A stretch of 64,000 bases of DNA from IMG/VR virus record IMGVR_UViG_3300025133_000076, one strand, 5' to 3'. The stretch's first letter is position 1, and every line of letters starts with the position of its first letter. Both the position numbers and the translations under genes were made by a program. The stretch is from an uncultured virus (IMG/VR IMGVR_UViG_3300025133_000076). Its lineage: Duplodnaviria > Heunggongvirae > Uroviricota > Caudoviricetes. Positions 20,937-29,470 of this stretch are shown one piece after another. The notes beneath the pieces are model-generated. The model was not told the origin of the DNA. It saw only the letters and a program-made list of their open reading frames with translations, and did no database searches.

Positions 20937-21661
20937 TTTTCATTCTCCAAATTCATACCCGAAATACTCAATGTCTTTTGCGTACTTTTCCGCAACGATT
21001 TGACGAGTTTCGTCATCGTAGTATTCGGTGTAGTGTTTTTTTTGATATTTTTTTGCGTGTGCTAATGAGTGATTATCACAGTCAATATTTATTGACTTAC
21101 AAAATTTTATCAAATCAGTATGTAAGTGGCGAAATCGAATCCAGTCTGTAATTATATTTTTACCATTATATATAACCCGTGAGGACAAGGTTTTATCCGG
21201 ATGGGTTTGTAACCAACTAGCAAACTCCTTTTTAGTTTCATTTCTATATATAGCCATATTATAGAACGATACAGCCCTGTCCCAACTGTTTCTTTCGTTT
21301 GCTACAAATTTATAATTTTTAAATTTTTCATAAGGGATTAGTTTAAACAATTGGCCCGCAGTCATATGGCCTCTTATACGAGCCCCGTTGTTCCCAATAT
21401 TTTGGTAATTTCTAGGTCGGTGGGATTTTGATTCAACGGGGAAGCATCTAGTTACAACATCGTTATCATCACAAAAGGGCTCTAGAAAATACTCCGTACT
21501 TGTCCCTGCGACTTTTGCCAACTTTATATATATGAATTTATGTTTATATGATATAATCATTTCTCATTCTCCAAATTCATACCCGAATGTCTCAATGTCC
21601 TTTGCGTATTTTTCCGCAATGATTTGTCGTGTCTCATCATCATAATATTCAGTGTAGTGTT
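20320..21661 (-). repeat. Three ~90-bp direct repeats encoding the sulfotransferase C-termini (~20320-20411, ~20946-21037, ~21570-21661)
   Basis: First two copies differ at one position by eye; third is more diverged. Confidence 0.85.
20940..21560 (-). CDS. Sulfotransferase family 2 protein
   Basis: FIYIKLAKVAGTS, RNSWDRAVS; shared C-terminus. Confidence 0.8.
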   Translation of the reverse strand: MIISYKHKFIYIKLAKVAGTSTEYFLEPFCDDNDVVTRCFPVESKSHRPRNYQNIGNNGARIRGHMTAGQLFKLIPYEKFKNYKFVANERNSWDRAVSFYNMAIYRNETKKEFASWLQTHPDKTLSSRVIYNGKNIITDWIRFRHLHTDLIKFCKSINIDCDNHSLAHAKKYQKKHYTEYYDDETRQIVAEKYAKDIEYFGYEFGE

Positions 21662-22163
21662 TCTTTAGAGCAGACACATTAGCCCTCCATAGGGGAAGGC
21701 TTGTGTTTTGCAAACCTATCTGACTGCAGACCCAAGCATAATCTCTTTCTTTATTCTCAAACTTTCCTATAAAATCAAGTTCTTCGTTTAATGTATTGAG
21801 ATAAACGGAATTGGGAATAGGGCTGCCTAATTTTGTTAAATCGAAACCTCCTCTTGGATCAAGCTCAAACTCATTGAACTTTTCAAGATATTCTCTTATA
21901 TTGATTTTGCCATCATGTATTTTGACTCCATAAAATGGAAATCTATTCATTGAGACGACTCGGGCCCAAGGATTTCTAACGAAAGAAAATTTAAAATAGT
22001 CATCCCAATGTTCTCTATATTTTTCTTTAGCACAAGAAGCAATGAGGTGTTTGTGTTTGAATCCGCAACTATTATTGGGCTTTCCAGAAATCCCTACCTC
22101 AATTGACGTTCCGGCTGTTCTTGGGATGTGTATAAAAATACATTTATATTTGTGATTTATCAT
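21564..22163 (-). CDS. Sulfotransferase family 2 protein
   Basis: IFIHIPRTAGTS, FVRNPWARVVS, IGKFE; shared C-terminus. Confidence 0.85.
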   Translation of the reverse strand: MINHKYKCIFIHIPRTAGTSIEVGISGKPNNSCGFKHKHLIASCAKEKYREHWDDYFKFSFVRNPWARVVSMNRFPFYGVKIHDGKINIREYLEKFNEFELDPRGGFDLTKLGSPIPNSVYLNTLNEELDFIGKFENKERDYAWVCSQIGLQNTSLPLWRANVSALKKHYTEYYDDETRQIIAEKYAKDIETFGYEFGE

Positions 22164-22164
22164 T

Positions 22165-22560
22165 TTATCCCTCTTTCTTCGAAATTACTTTATTAATAGC
22201 GGAAGATGTTTCTTTCCAGGCATTTTTATCTTTTATTCTAGCACAATCTTTTAGTGTTACATAACTTGTCATATTACGGTCTATCCCACCATAGTATATT
22301 CCGAGAAGTTTCGCCAACATTATACATACCCCATGTGCCATAAATTCTTCATGCTCCCTGCAGCAACCGCGCCCTGCCAAATGATGCCCTATCTCATGCA
22401 AAACAGTAATGGCCCCAGCATCTCTTCTTAAGTAAATAATTCCATTTGAATAGGCCCCTCTTGATTTTAAATCATCTGTTATTTTAAACTTCGCCCCAAA
22501 AAGCTTTGCCATTAAAAAAGCTCGTAACATCTTTGGTGTTTTGAACATTGATAGTTCCAC
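22165..22560 (-). CDS. Small HExxH metallopeptidase-like protein (ImmA/IrrE-like)
   Basis: TVLHEIGHH...EHEEFMAH. Confidence 0.55.
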   Translation of the reverse strand: MELSMFKTPKMLRAFLMAKLFGAKFKITDDLKSRGAYSNGIIYLRRDAGAITVLHEIGHHLAGRGCCREHEEFMAHGVCIMLAKLLGIYYGGIDRNMTSYVTLKDCARIKDKNAWKETSSAINKVISKKEG

Positions 22561-22820
22561 AATATACAGTTATTAATTAATAACTAAACCATTATTGAGG
22601 GAGATAATAAATATCATAATTTAAATATATAATTTATATGAACTTTCAGCAATTTTACAAAACTCTAAAAGACCAAAATATAGCCCGTATTTTTCATTAT
22701 GAAAATCATTAGGTTTTTAACTACAGCTTTTATAAAAAAATCAACAAACTTGGCCACCTTTCTGGTTATATGCGCATTTCTCTATGATAATCAAGGAAAT
22801 ACTTAGTTCTCATTTTTATA

Positions 22821-22868
22821 TGGTGGTATAAAGTGGAGCACAGTGGATTAAAGTGGTAATAATGTGGG
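22821..22868 (+). promoter_or_regulatory. Phased GTGG direct-repeat array (MraZ-box-like)
   Basis: GTGG at 22823, 22833, 22843, 22853 and 22864 in a divergent intergenic region. Confidence 0.55.
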
Positions 22869-22942
22869 TTGAAATGTCCTTCTAATATAGTAATATTCTG
22901 ATAACAAATAACGATGTTAAACATTGTTTTGGAAAAGATAAA

Positions 22943-23521
22943 ATGATTAATGAATTATCTAAAATTGCGAATGAACTAGATTGCAGAGGTCTGACAAATG
23001 AGGCTGATGCTTTAGACTTGATTTGCAAAAAGGCTTTGGTAAATCCAATCACCTGGTGGCAAGAGAGAGGTGTGGCCGGTGGTCTTGATGAGTTTGCCGA
23101 TGAAGCTGCGCCGTTTGCTGGCGAAGCTCTGGATTGGACTCAGGTTATTCTAGATGCAGCCGGACTTGTTCCGGGTGCAGGAAACTTCTTTGATATTGCA
23201 AATACAGCAATATCAACATTAAGAAATAATCCAACCGGGGCTGTGCTCAGCGCAATATCTGCACTCCCCGCAGGAGACATTGTAGGCAAGGGGCTAAAGG
23301 TTCTTTTGAACGCTATAAAGAAAGGCCTTACATCTATGAAGGTCGGAGCCGCAACAATTTCGATAATGGATATGGCACACTTTTTGTTGGGCAAGCTGGC
23401 TCCTCTGAATTCAAATATTAATTATGCCGTAGCAGCTTTAGACAGAAAGGCTGGAACAAGAGAGTTCACTAACATATGGAATAATACAATTATGGCCCAC
23501 CTAAGAGCCGCAGCAGCATAG
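22943..23521 (+). CDS. Leader-tagged protein with pre-toxin TG (PT-TG)-like domain
   Basis: LDAAGLVPGAGNFFDIANTAIS...SALPAGDIVGKG. Confidence 0.7.
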   Translation: MINELSKIANELDCRGLTNEADALDLICKKALVNPITWWQERGVAGGLDEFADEAAPFAGEALDWTQVILDAAGLVPGAGNFFDIANTAISTLRNNPTGAVLSAISALPAGDIVGKGLKVLLNAIKKGLTSMKVGAATISIMDMAHFLLGKLAPLNSNINYAVAALDRKAGTREFTNIWNNTIMAHLRAAAA

Positions 23522-23531
23522 GACAATACAG

Positions 23532-23729
23532 ATGATAAATAAATTAATTAAATTGGCAAATGATTTAGACAAAAGGGGGTTTAAGAAAGAAGCGGACCTT
23601 TTGGATGCATTAATCAAAAGGGCTGGATCACTTGAGATAAGGGGAGGATTGAGCCTTGAGCTTGAAGACTCAGAAGAGGACCCTCTTGGTGAATCGCCTC
23701 GCCTAAAGATTATAAAGGAATTAAAATGA
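23532..23729 (+). CDS. Minimal leader-tagged protein
   Basis: MINKLIKLANDLDKRGFKKEADLLDALIKRA plus ~34 aa. Confidence 0.8.
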   Translation: MINKLIKLANDLDKRGFKKEADLLDALIKRAGSLEIRGGLSLELEDSEEDPLGESPRLKIIKELK

Positions 23730-23944
23730 AAAAGATAGCAGCAGATAGAAACTATAAAGCAGCAGGAATTATTGAAGATGCAAAGGGATCGGTATCTAAT
23801 AGCATAGCTGAATTTATCAGAAATAATGCCGAGGAGCTGTCAGAGTATTTTCCCTATGGAACACAGACAATTGCAAAAACATTAATTACAGCAAAAGCAG
23901 ATGAGATTGCGAACTGTGTGATTGAGGTTGCCTCTCCAGTATAA
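23726..23944 (+). CDS. Small hypothetical protein
   Basis: 72 aa, translationally coupled. Confidence 0.65.
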   Translation: MKKIAADRNYKAAGIIEDAKGSVSNSIAEFIRNNAEELSEYFPYGTQTIAKTLITAKADEIANCVIEVASPV

Positions 23945-23962
23945 AGAATTTATATTTATAAT

Positions 23963-24007
23963 AGCCCCGGGCATATTCTTAATAGGAATAACCGGGGCTT
24001 TTCTTTT
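23963..24007 (+). terminator. Intrinsic terminator
   Basis: AGCCCCGG...CCGGGGCT followed by a T-tract. Confidence 0.7.
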
Positions 24008-24385
24008 GGCCCATAAATAAAGAATAAATAAACCGGTTATAGTTTTCTGATAAGATCTAAAAGAATCTAAATAAATTAAAGTTTCGGTTAGTACTCAAGG
24101 TATATAATCTACTTTTCCCCTAAGAGTAAATAGATAAACCCCACAGGCATATAAACACACTTATATAGTTTTTATACATACCACACAGTAATTTAATTTT
24201 ATTTCCCCTATATACACAGGAAATAAAAGAAATAAAGAAATTAAGTGGAAAAAAGTGGGGGTAACGGTGGCAAAAACCGTGCCAACTTGCAAATGCCCGC
24301 AGATGTCATATAAGTGTCAACTTTATGTCAAGCCCTATTGTTGGCACGGTTATTGCAGGGAAGGGAACGGGCAAAACTTTTACAC

Positions 24386-24418
24386 TTCTGTTTCTACACC
24401 AACTATAACTGTGTGTAA
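24386..24418 (+). promoter_or_regulatory. Phage early-type promoter motif (first of ~29 copies): TTCT(A/G)TTTCT(A/G)CA(C/T)C-N2-CTAT-N8-G(T/C)AA
   Basis: Recurs upstream of genes at ~24386, 25705, 26914, 27516, 28147, 28859, 29577, 31004, 31970, 32989, 35084, 37019, 39012, 39085, 40098, 40850, 42040, 43308, 45912, 50947, 60360, 63102 (+) and ~30945, 33920, 34443, 35043, 38965, 41958, 43203, 50123 (-). Confidence 0.8.
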
Positions 24419-24450
24419 GCGAGAAAGAAACCCTAACACAAGAGGTCACG

Positions 24451-25167
24451 ATGGGTTATAGATTGAAGAACGGAAAGTTGTTGGAGTGGTTCGCCACTCA
24501 AGAGATAGTCGAAAGAGGCGGTTTTCCCGCTGGTCAGTCCGGTCGCGGGCGCGAGTTCGTCGGAGCCGTCTACGGTTCGGTCGGAATGGACCTGACAAAC
24601 GAGACTGGAAACAAGGCCCAGTATCTCGTGGTGGGGCCGGACGGTGCCGAGCATCGTTTGGGCCGTGGCGAGCGGTTTGGGGATGCGATTGTTAGCACCC
24701 CGGTCGAGGGAAACACTTTCCTGGACCTTGCCTTCGTCAGCCTGAAAGGTGGCGACAGCCGCGACTTGACCACCGATGTTGAGTTGGCGCGACGGATTGT
24801 CGATGCTGGCCTTCCTCTCTGGGTTTGGACCCTGGAAGGCGATTGCCCTGATGCTGGAGCCGAAATCGAGAGGGGGGTTCCCTTCCACTTGACGGAGGCT
24901 CCCGCCGAAATCAAGGTCCGTCGAATCAACGTCACCCCTCTCCTTCGGGATATGATGGGCGACGACGACTGGCAGATGGGTCCACGGGAAGGCCGGACTT
25001 GCTTTGTCCGAGTCAACAAAGTTGGCAAGTACGTGTACCCCCGTTTGCGAGTGGTCTGGTCAGCAGTCCCAGAGCGATACTGGACGGACGCTGAAGCCAT
25101 CCCCTTCGCAGAGGCTTTCGCCACCATCACGGTGAAGGAGGCGGTCCAGCGAGCACTCTCCTACTAA
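24451..25167 (+). CDS. Hypothetical early protein (GC-rich)
   Basis: Promoter motif, GAGG RBS and downstream terminator. Confidence 0.75.
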   Translation: MGYRLKNGKLLEWFATQEIVERGGFPAGQSGRGREFVGAVYGSVGMDLTNETGNKAQYLVVGPDGAEHRLGRGERFGDAIVSTPVEGNTFLDLAFVSLKGGDSRDLTTDVELARRIVDAGLPLWVWTLEGDCPDAGAEIERGVPFHLTEAPAEIKVRRINVTPLLRDMMGDDDWQMGPREGRTCFVRVNKVGKYVYPRLRVVWSAVPERYWTDAEAIPFAEAFATITVKEAVQRALSY

Positions 25168-25183
25168 GCCGAACCCCCTACCC

Positions 25184-25230
25184 AAACCCCCTCTCCCTTC
25201 CGGGAGAGGGGGTTTGCTTTGTTTCTTTTT
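25184..25230 (+). terminator. Intrinsic terminator
   Basis: AAACCCCCTCTCCC-TTCC-GGGAGAGGGGGTTT plus T-tract. Confidence 0.8.
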
Positions 25231-25340
25231 TTAGTCATACACAAGTGAATACGTGTGTATGCCGGGCAAAAGATTGACAAACCTTTTGCAGCAGAATGTC
25301 AATCTTTTGCCCGGCAAAAACCTGCTTTGGTTTTCGCAAC

Positions 25341-25656
25341 TGCAATTTTCATGCCAATTATATTGGCATAGCTTTTGCAGGCGTATGCAAGTTTTGTGCC
25401 AACTTTGGGCAAAAGATTGACAAACCTTTTGGCACGGTTCTTGCATATGCGTTTGCCTCTTTTGGGCAAAAGATTGACAAGAGCATTGGCATGAGGCTTG
25501 CAGTGTTGCAATAAGTGTGCCAAAGCAATTGGCATGATTCTTGCATAAGAAAACTGATTTTCGATTGAGATTGGGCAAAAGATTTGCATTAACATGCGCT
25601 TGCAAGATTCGTGCCAACCTCTTCGCGTAGCCTCGCGCTGGGGCAAAAGATTTGCA
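25341..25656. promoter_or_regulatory. Array of sigma-54 (-24/-12) consensus sites
   Basis: Eight TTGGCA-N6-TTGCA sites (GG-N10-GC) at 25341(-), 25363(+), 25386(-), 25429(+), 25486(+), 25507(-), 25529(+), 25601(-); plus GGGCAAAAGATTTGCA at 25573 and 25641. Confidence 0.75.
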
Positions 25657-25773
25657 TACGCGTGCGCGGAGTTGGGGCAAAAGTTTTACAAGGGCATTTA
25701 CACTTTCATTTCTGCACCAACTATATCTTAGTGTAAGGAGGGATGCCCCCTCACTCTAACCCCCGAGGTCAAA

Positions 25774-26715
25774 ATGAGTAAAGAACGAATTAAGGAAACC
25801 TGCGAGACTATCGCCCTTCAGATTATCACGGCACTTGACAATCCGCCCGAAGATGGCACCCGATGGGTCATGCCATGGGATAAAAGTCTCGCTGGCGGTA
25901 TGCCGATGAATATTATCACTGGCCGGGCTTATGGAGGAAACTTCAACGGATTTATGCTGACTATGGCAGGAATCCAGTATGGCGACCAGCGTTGGGCAGG
26001 GTTCGGACAGTGGAAGAAAAGCGGAAACCTCGTCCGAAAGGGTGAGACAGGTACTCCGATTTTCTTCCCGAAGCTGGCCTGCGGCACCTGTGGCAAGCCC
26101 TGTGGTTTCGCGAAGAAGTGCAAGCCCTGTGGCGCGAACCTCAAGGCCAAAGGGGCCACGAAGTTCATCGGGTTTGGCAGTTCGTACACTTTCAACAACC
26201 AGCAGACGGTGAATCCATTGCCGACAGTTGACGTGAAAGAGGTTGACCCGAATGTGGGTTACGAGGCTGCGGCGGCACTTGTCGAAGGCATCGAGGCAGA
26301 CTTCCGCACGGGTGGAGCGAGAGCATTTTACTCCCCGCGTGAGGATTATTTGATGGTCCCGGCTCCCGGAGCCTTCCTGACTGTCGCTGACTTTTGGGCT
26401 ACGGTTATCCATGAGCACGGTCACTGGACCGGAGCAAAGGGCCGTCTCAACCGAAAGGGTATCACTGACTTTTCAGGGTTTGGTTCGGAGGCATACGCGT
26501 ATGAGGAGCTTGTAGCCGAGATTGGCGCAGCCTTCACCTGTGCCTACTTGGGAATCAAGCGAGAGGGTTTGATGGACAATCATGTGGCCTACCTGACCAG
26601 TTGGAAGAAGGCCCTCAAGGATGACCCGACCGTTATCCAGCGGGCCGCAAACGAGGCCGGACAGGTTATGCGCTACCTTATCAATAAGGGTGAGGGGTCC
26701 CGCCCGACCGCATGA
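25774..26715 (+). CDS. ardC: ArdC-like antirestriction / ssDNA-binding protein with zincin domain and Cys-rich insertion
   Basis: WVMPW, N..TGRAY.G.N, WAGFGQW...VRKGE, AFYSP..D, IHEHGHWTG, YAYEELVAEIGAAF, AYL.SW. Confidence 0.85.
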   Translation: MSKERIKETCETIALQIITALDNPPEDGTRWVMPWDKSLAGGMPMNIITGRAYGGNFNGFMLTMAGIQYGDQRWAGFGQWKKSGNLVRKGETGTPIFFPKLACGTCGKPCGFAKKCKPCGANLKAKGATKFIGFGSSYTFNNQQTVNPLPTVDVKEVDPNVGYEAAAALVEGIEADFRTGGARAFYSPREDYLMVPAPGAFLTVADFWATVIHEHGHWTGAKGRLNRKGITDFSGFGSEAYAYEELVAEIGAAFTCAYLGIKREGLMDNHVAYLTSWKKALKDDPTVIQRAANEAGQVMRYLINKGEGSRPTA

Positions 26716-26960
26716 CCGGGTGAGGTTTCGGGCCGGAGGAGCAACCCGCTCCTCCGGCCTTCTCTTGTTTTGAATGTCAAACTTTTGCCCAGAAGCACAC
26801 AAGTGTGCCCAGATTCTGGGCAAAAACTTTACATAAAGGCTGGCTCGTTTATTGTTTGCAAGAAGTATGCCAATCAAATATATTGGGCAAAAGTTTTACA
26901 AATACATTTACACTTCTATTTCTACACCGACTATTCTGTGGTGTAACCAAGGGAGATACC

Positions 26961-27224
26961 ATGTTCAACTTCGATTTTGCCAAGACTGATAAGGCTTTCC
27001 GCGCCGCTTGCGAGCGTGTGGGAACCGAGCCTACCCGCCGTCAGGCCAGTAAGTATCGCTCCGGAATGGGTATCGCCTACTCCCTCGGGCGTTCGGCTCC
27101 GAAGCCGAAGGAGGATTTGAGCCTCTTGACCTGCAAGGCTCTGCGCCAGCGGTGCGCCGACCAGGGAATCAAGGTGGCAAGCAAGGCTCGCAAGGCCGAC
27201 CTCATTGCCTCCCTGGAGGGTTAG
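26961..27224 (+). CDS. Small basic protein with C-terminal Rho-N/SAP-like helix-extension-helix domain
   Basis: DLSLLTCKALRQRCADQGIKVASKARKADLIASL; start follows promoter motif and RBS. Confidence 0.65.
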   Translation: MFNFDFAKTDKAFRAACERVGTEPTRRQASKYRSGMGIAYSLGRSAPKPKEDLSLLTCKALRQRCADQGIKVASKARKADLIASLEG

Positions 27225-27230
27225 AACACT

Positions 27231-27345
27231 TTTTGAGGCAGCCGACCGACGTGGAGTTCGAACCTCCAACCCTTTGATGGGGGTACGCTAAGGGCCGTAT
27301 CGACTGGCAGCGGAAAACTGGAGAGGCCCCCTAAGGCTTCAAAGG
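27231..27345 (+). ncRNA. Candidate small structured RNA with a T-loop-like hairpin
   Basis: Closing stem TTTGAGGC/GCTTCAAA; GGAG-TTCGAAC-CTCC hairpin; GGGCC/GGCCC stem; terminator hairpin at 27353-27388. Confidence 0.4.
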
Positions 27346-27595
27346 AAGTACTGGAAGGGAGCGGTTAGGGCCGCTCCCTCCTCATTTTCCGGGCAAAAGA
27401 TTGACATTTGTTTGTAAAGCTTTTGCCCGAAGGGCTGGCACGCTTCTTGCATTTGCAAGAAACGGGCCAATGGCGTTAAGTATATTGGGCAAAAGTTTTA
27501 CAAATACATTTACACTTCTGTTTCTACACCAGCTATAACTTAGTGTAAGAGGGACAATCAAACTTTACCCTTTCCCCTCTTACTCGGAGAGACAA

Positions 27596-28039
27596 ATGTC
27601 CCAGACCCTAACCCCTACTGAAATGCTTGCACTCGCACAGGCTGTCCGGCTCAACGGCTGCAACGATGATATTGCCCTGCCTCCCAACTCGTCTGCATCG
27701 GTGTCCTTCACCGTAGATGTTTCGGGAGAGGTTGTCCGAGGCGAAGGCTCAAGCCGGGCCGGAACGAATCGGGCGCGTACCGCCGGAGCCATGATTATGC
27801 TCTTGGTTGTTAGCGGAGCGACTCGGCAGCACAGCCCAGCGAAGCTGATTGAGGCTTGGAAAACGTTCGGGACCCTTGATAAGAAGGCTATGGAAAGCCG
27901 TGTCGCAGCCCTCTCCAAAGAGGACCGAGACCTCTTTGAATCCTGCATGGCCCTATTCCAGTCAGAAATTGTGGATGCCCTGCCCCGAATCCCTGCGAAG
28001 GGTGGCGTGAAGTTCAAGGGTGAAGTGACGAAGGTGTAG
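27596..28039 (+). CDS. Hypothetical protein, paralog of 34532..34975
   Basis: MSQTLT...RAGTNRAR...PRIP.KG.VKF.G shared. Confidence 0.8.
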   Translation: MSQTLTPTEMLALAQAVRLNGCNDDIALPPNSSASVSFTVDVSGEVVRGEGSSRAGTNRARTAGAMIMLLVVSGATRQHSPAKLIEAWKTFGTLDKKAMESRVAALSKEDRDLFESCMALFQSEIVDALPRIPAKGGVKFKGEVTKV

Positions 28040-28195
28040 CCTCCCTGCACCGCCCCCGACCGGTTGTGGTGTCCGGTCGGGGGCCTTCGCCCTTGGGCAA
28101 AAGATTTACAAATAAATGTAAACCTTTTGCCCCGACGTGTTTACACTTCTATTTCTACACCGACTATTCTGTGGTGTAACCAAGGGAGTACACAC

Positions 28196-28642
28196 ATGCG
28201 AAACATCATTATGATTAGAGGAATCTCTGGGTCTGGTAAGACCACTTTGGCAAACCTGCTTTGTGCTGGAACAGGGGCCATCTCGTTGGCTGCTGATGAT
28301 TACTTCATCGGCTCTGACGGAGAGTATCATTTCAACCCAAGCCTTTTGCCGCAGGCACATGCGTATTGTCAAGCAAAGGCTGCCGAGGCTATGGTGGCTG
28401 GACGCAGCGTTGTCATTCACAATACCTTTGTTCAAAGGTGGGAGATGCAGGCGTATCTCGATTTGGCAGAGCAGCATGGTTATCGGGTGACTGTGGCCAG
28501 CACCTATGATGGCGGTTGTTCCAATGAGGAATTGGCCGCACGAAATGACCATGGCGTTCCACTTGCAGGCATTGAGCGTATGCGGGATAATTGGGAAGCT
28601 GATTGGAAGAGCGGCAATCCTCTCCCACCGTGGGAGAGGTAG
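28196..28642 (+). CDS. P-loop kinase (AAA_33 / polynucleotide-kinase-like)
   Basis: IRGISGSGKTT, AADDYF, VIHNT, RN.HGVP motifs. Confidence 0.8.
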   Translation: MRNIIMIRGISGSGKTTLANLLCAGTGAISLAADDYFIGSDGEYHFNPSLLPQAHAYCQAKAAEAMVAGRSVVIHNTFVQRWEMQAYLDLAEQHGYRVTVASTYDGGCSNEELAARNDHGVPLAGIERMRDNWEADWKSGNPLPPWER

Positions 28643-28905
28643 TGCGTGGAAGGCAAAAAACCTTGTGAAGGGCGCAGCCAAGTGTGGGCAGCCTATGCTT
28701 CATACAAGCACACAAAGCCTCAGCCAATAGCTTGATGGTCGAAAAATCCGACCATCAAGCCGGGCAAAAGATTTACATACATACATATGCGTTGGCATGA
28801 TTCTTGCAGGCAAAACTGTGCCAACCATTCTGGGCAAAAGATTTACACACATTTCCATTTCTATTTCTGCACCATCTATTCTGCTGTGAAAGGGAGGATA
28901 AGAAG

Positions 28906-29124
28906 ATGGCTAAGACTGCACGAAAGAACAGGGCAAGAAATGCTCGTCGTAAGCAGCGTAAGCTTGCCGCAGAAATGCGGGGAGAAGGCGGCAGCCGGAA
29001 GCACCGAGATATTGGGGTGCTGATGATGCACCTTCGCTACGCGAGTACCCAATGCACCGAGCCTGACCGCAGGAAGCGTGATAACAAGCGCGCCTGCCGT
29101 GGGACTCGGTGGCAGAACGACTAA
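28906..29124 (+). CDS. Small Arg/Lys-rich protein
   Basis: GGAGG RBS after promoter motif. Confidence 0.65.
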   Translation: MAKTARKNRARNARRKQRKLAAEMRGEGGSRKHRDIGVLMMHLRYASTQCTEPDRRKRDNKRACRGTRWQND

Positions 29125-29140
29125 CAAATAGGAGATTGCT

Positions 29141-29470
29141 GTGAAAAATTTTGCCAAAATTACTTGTGCCGATGGCTTTTCGTTGAGCATCCAGGCGTCA
29201 AGCTTTCACTACTGTTCGCCAAGAACTGACATTGGGCCTTGGACTGCCGTGGAAGTTGGGTTCCCAAGCTCAAAGGATCCAGCTCTGGAAAAGTTTGCAG
29301 AAGATCCATCTGCACCTATCGAGAAAGGGTGCGACGGCACTGCGTCTGTGCAAACTGTCTACGGATGGGTTCCGGCCACAGTAGTCAAGGCTCTGCTGGA
29401 AAAGCATGGCGGAGTGGCTTCGGGCGAATGTCCAGCTCTCGATTGCCATAGCAATCGAATCGGAGGCTGA
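29141..29470 (+). CDS. Conserved phage hypothetical protein
   Basis: CADGFSLSIQAS..HYCSPR...VEVGFPS...TVYGWVP...HGG. Confidence 0.75.
   Translation: MKNFAKITCADGFSLSIQASSFHYCSPRTDIGPWTAVEVGFPSSKDPALEKFAEDPSAPIEKGCDGTASVQTVYGWVPATVVKALLEKHGGVASGECPALDCHSNRIGG

Noticed and set aside
20320..21661. Diversity-generating retroelement TR/VR pair
   Set aside because: No reverse transcriptase in the window; all repeats are inside coding 3' ends and no adenine-focused variation is evident
25407..25480. TTGACA inside the element as a sigma-70 -35 box
   Set aside because: No consistent TAnnnT at 16-18 bp in the copies checked; many copies read TTTACA or face away from genes
25231..25680. Several overlapping ORFs (62-149 aa) on both strands
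   Set aside because: They are translations of the repeat and sigma-54 array (recurrent NLLP/QSFA/IFCP peptides) with no RBS; the region is better explained as noncoding
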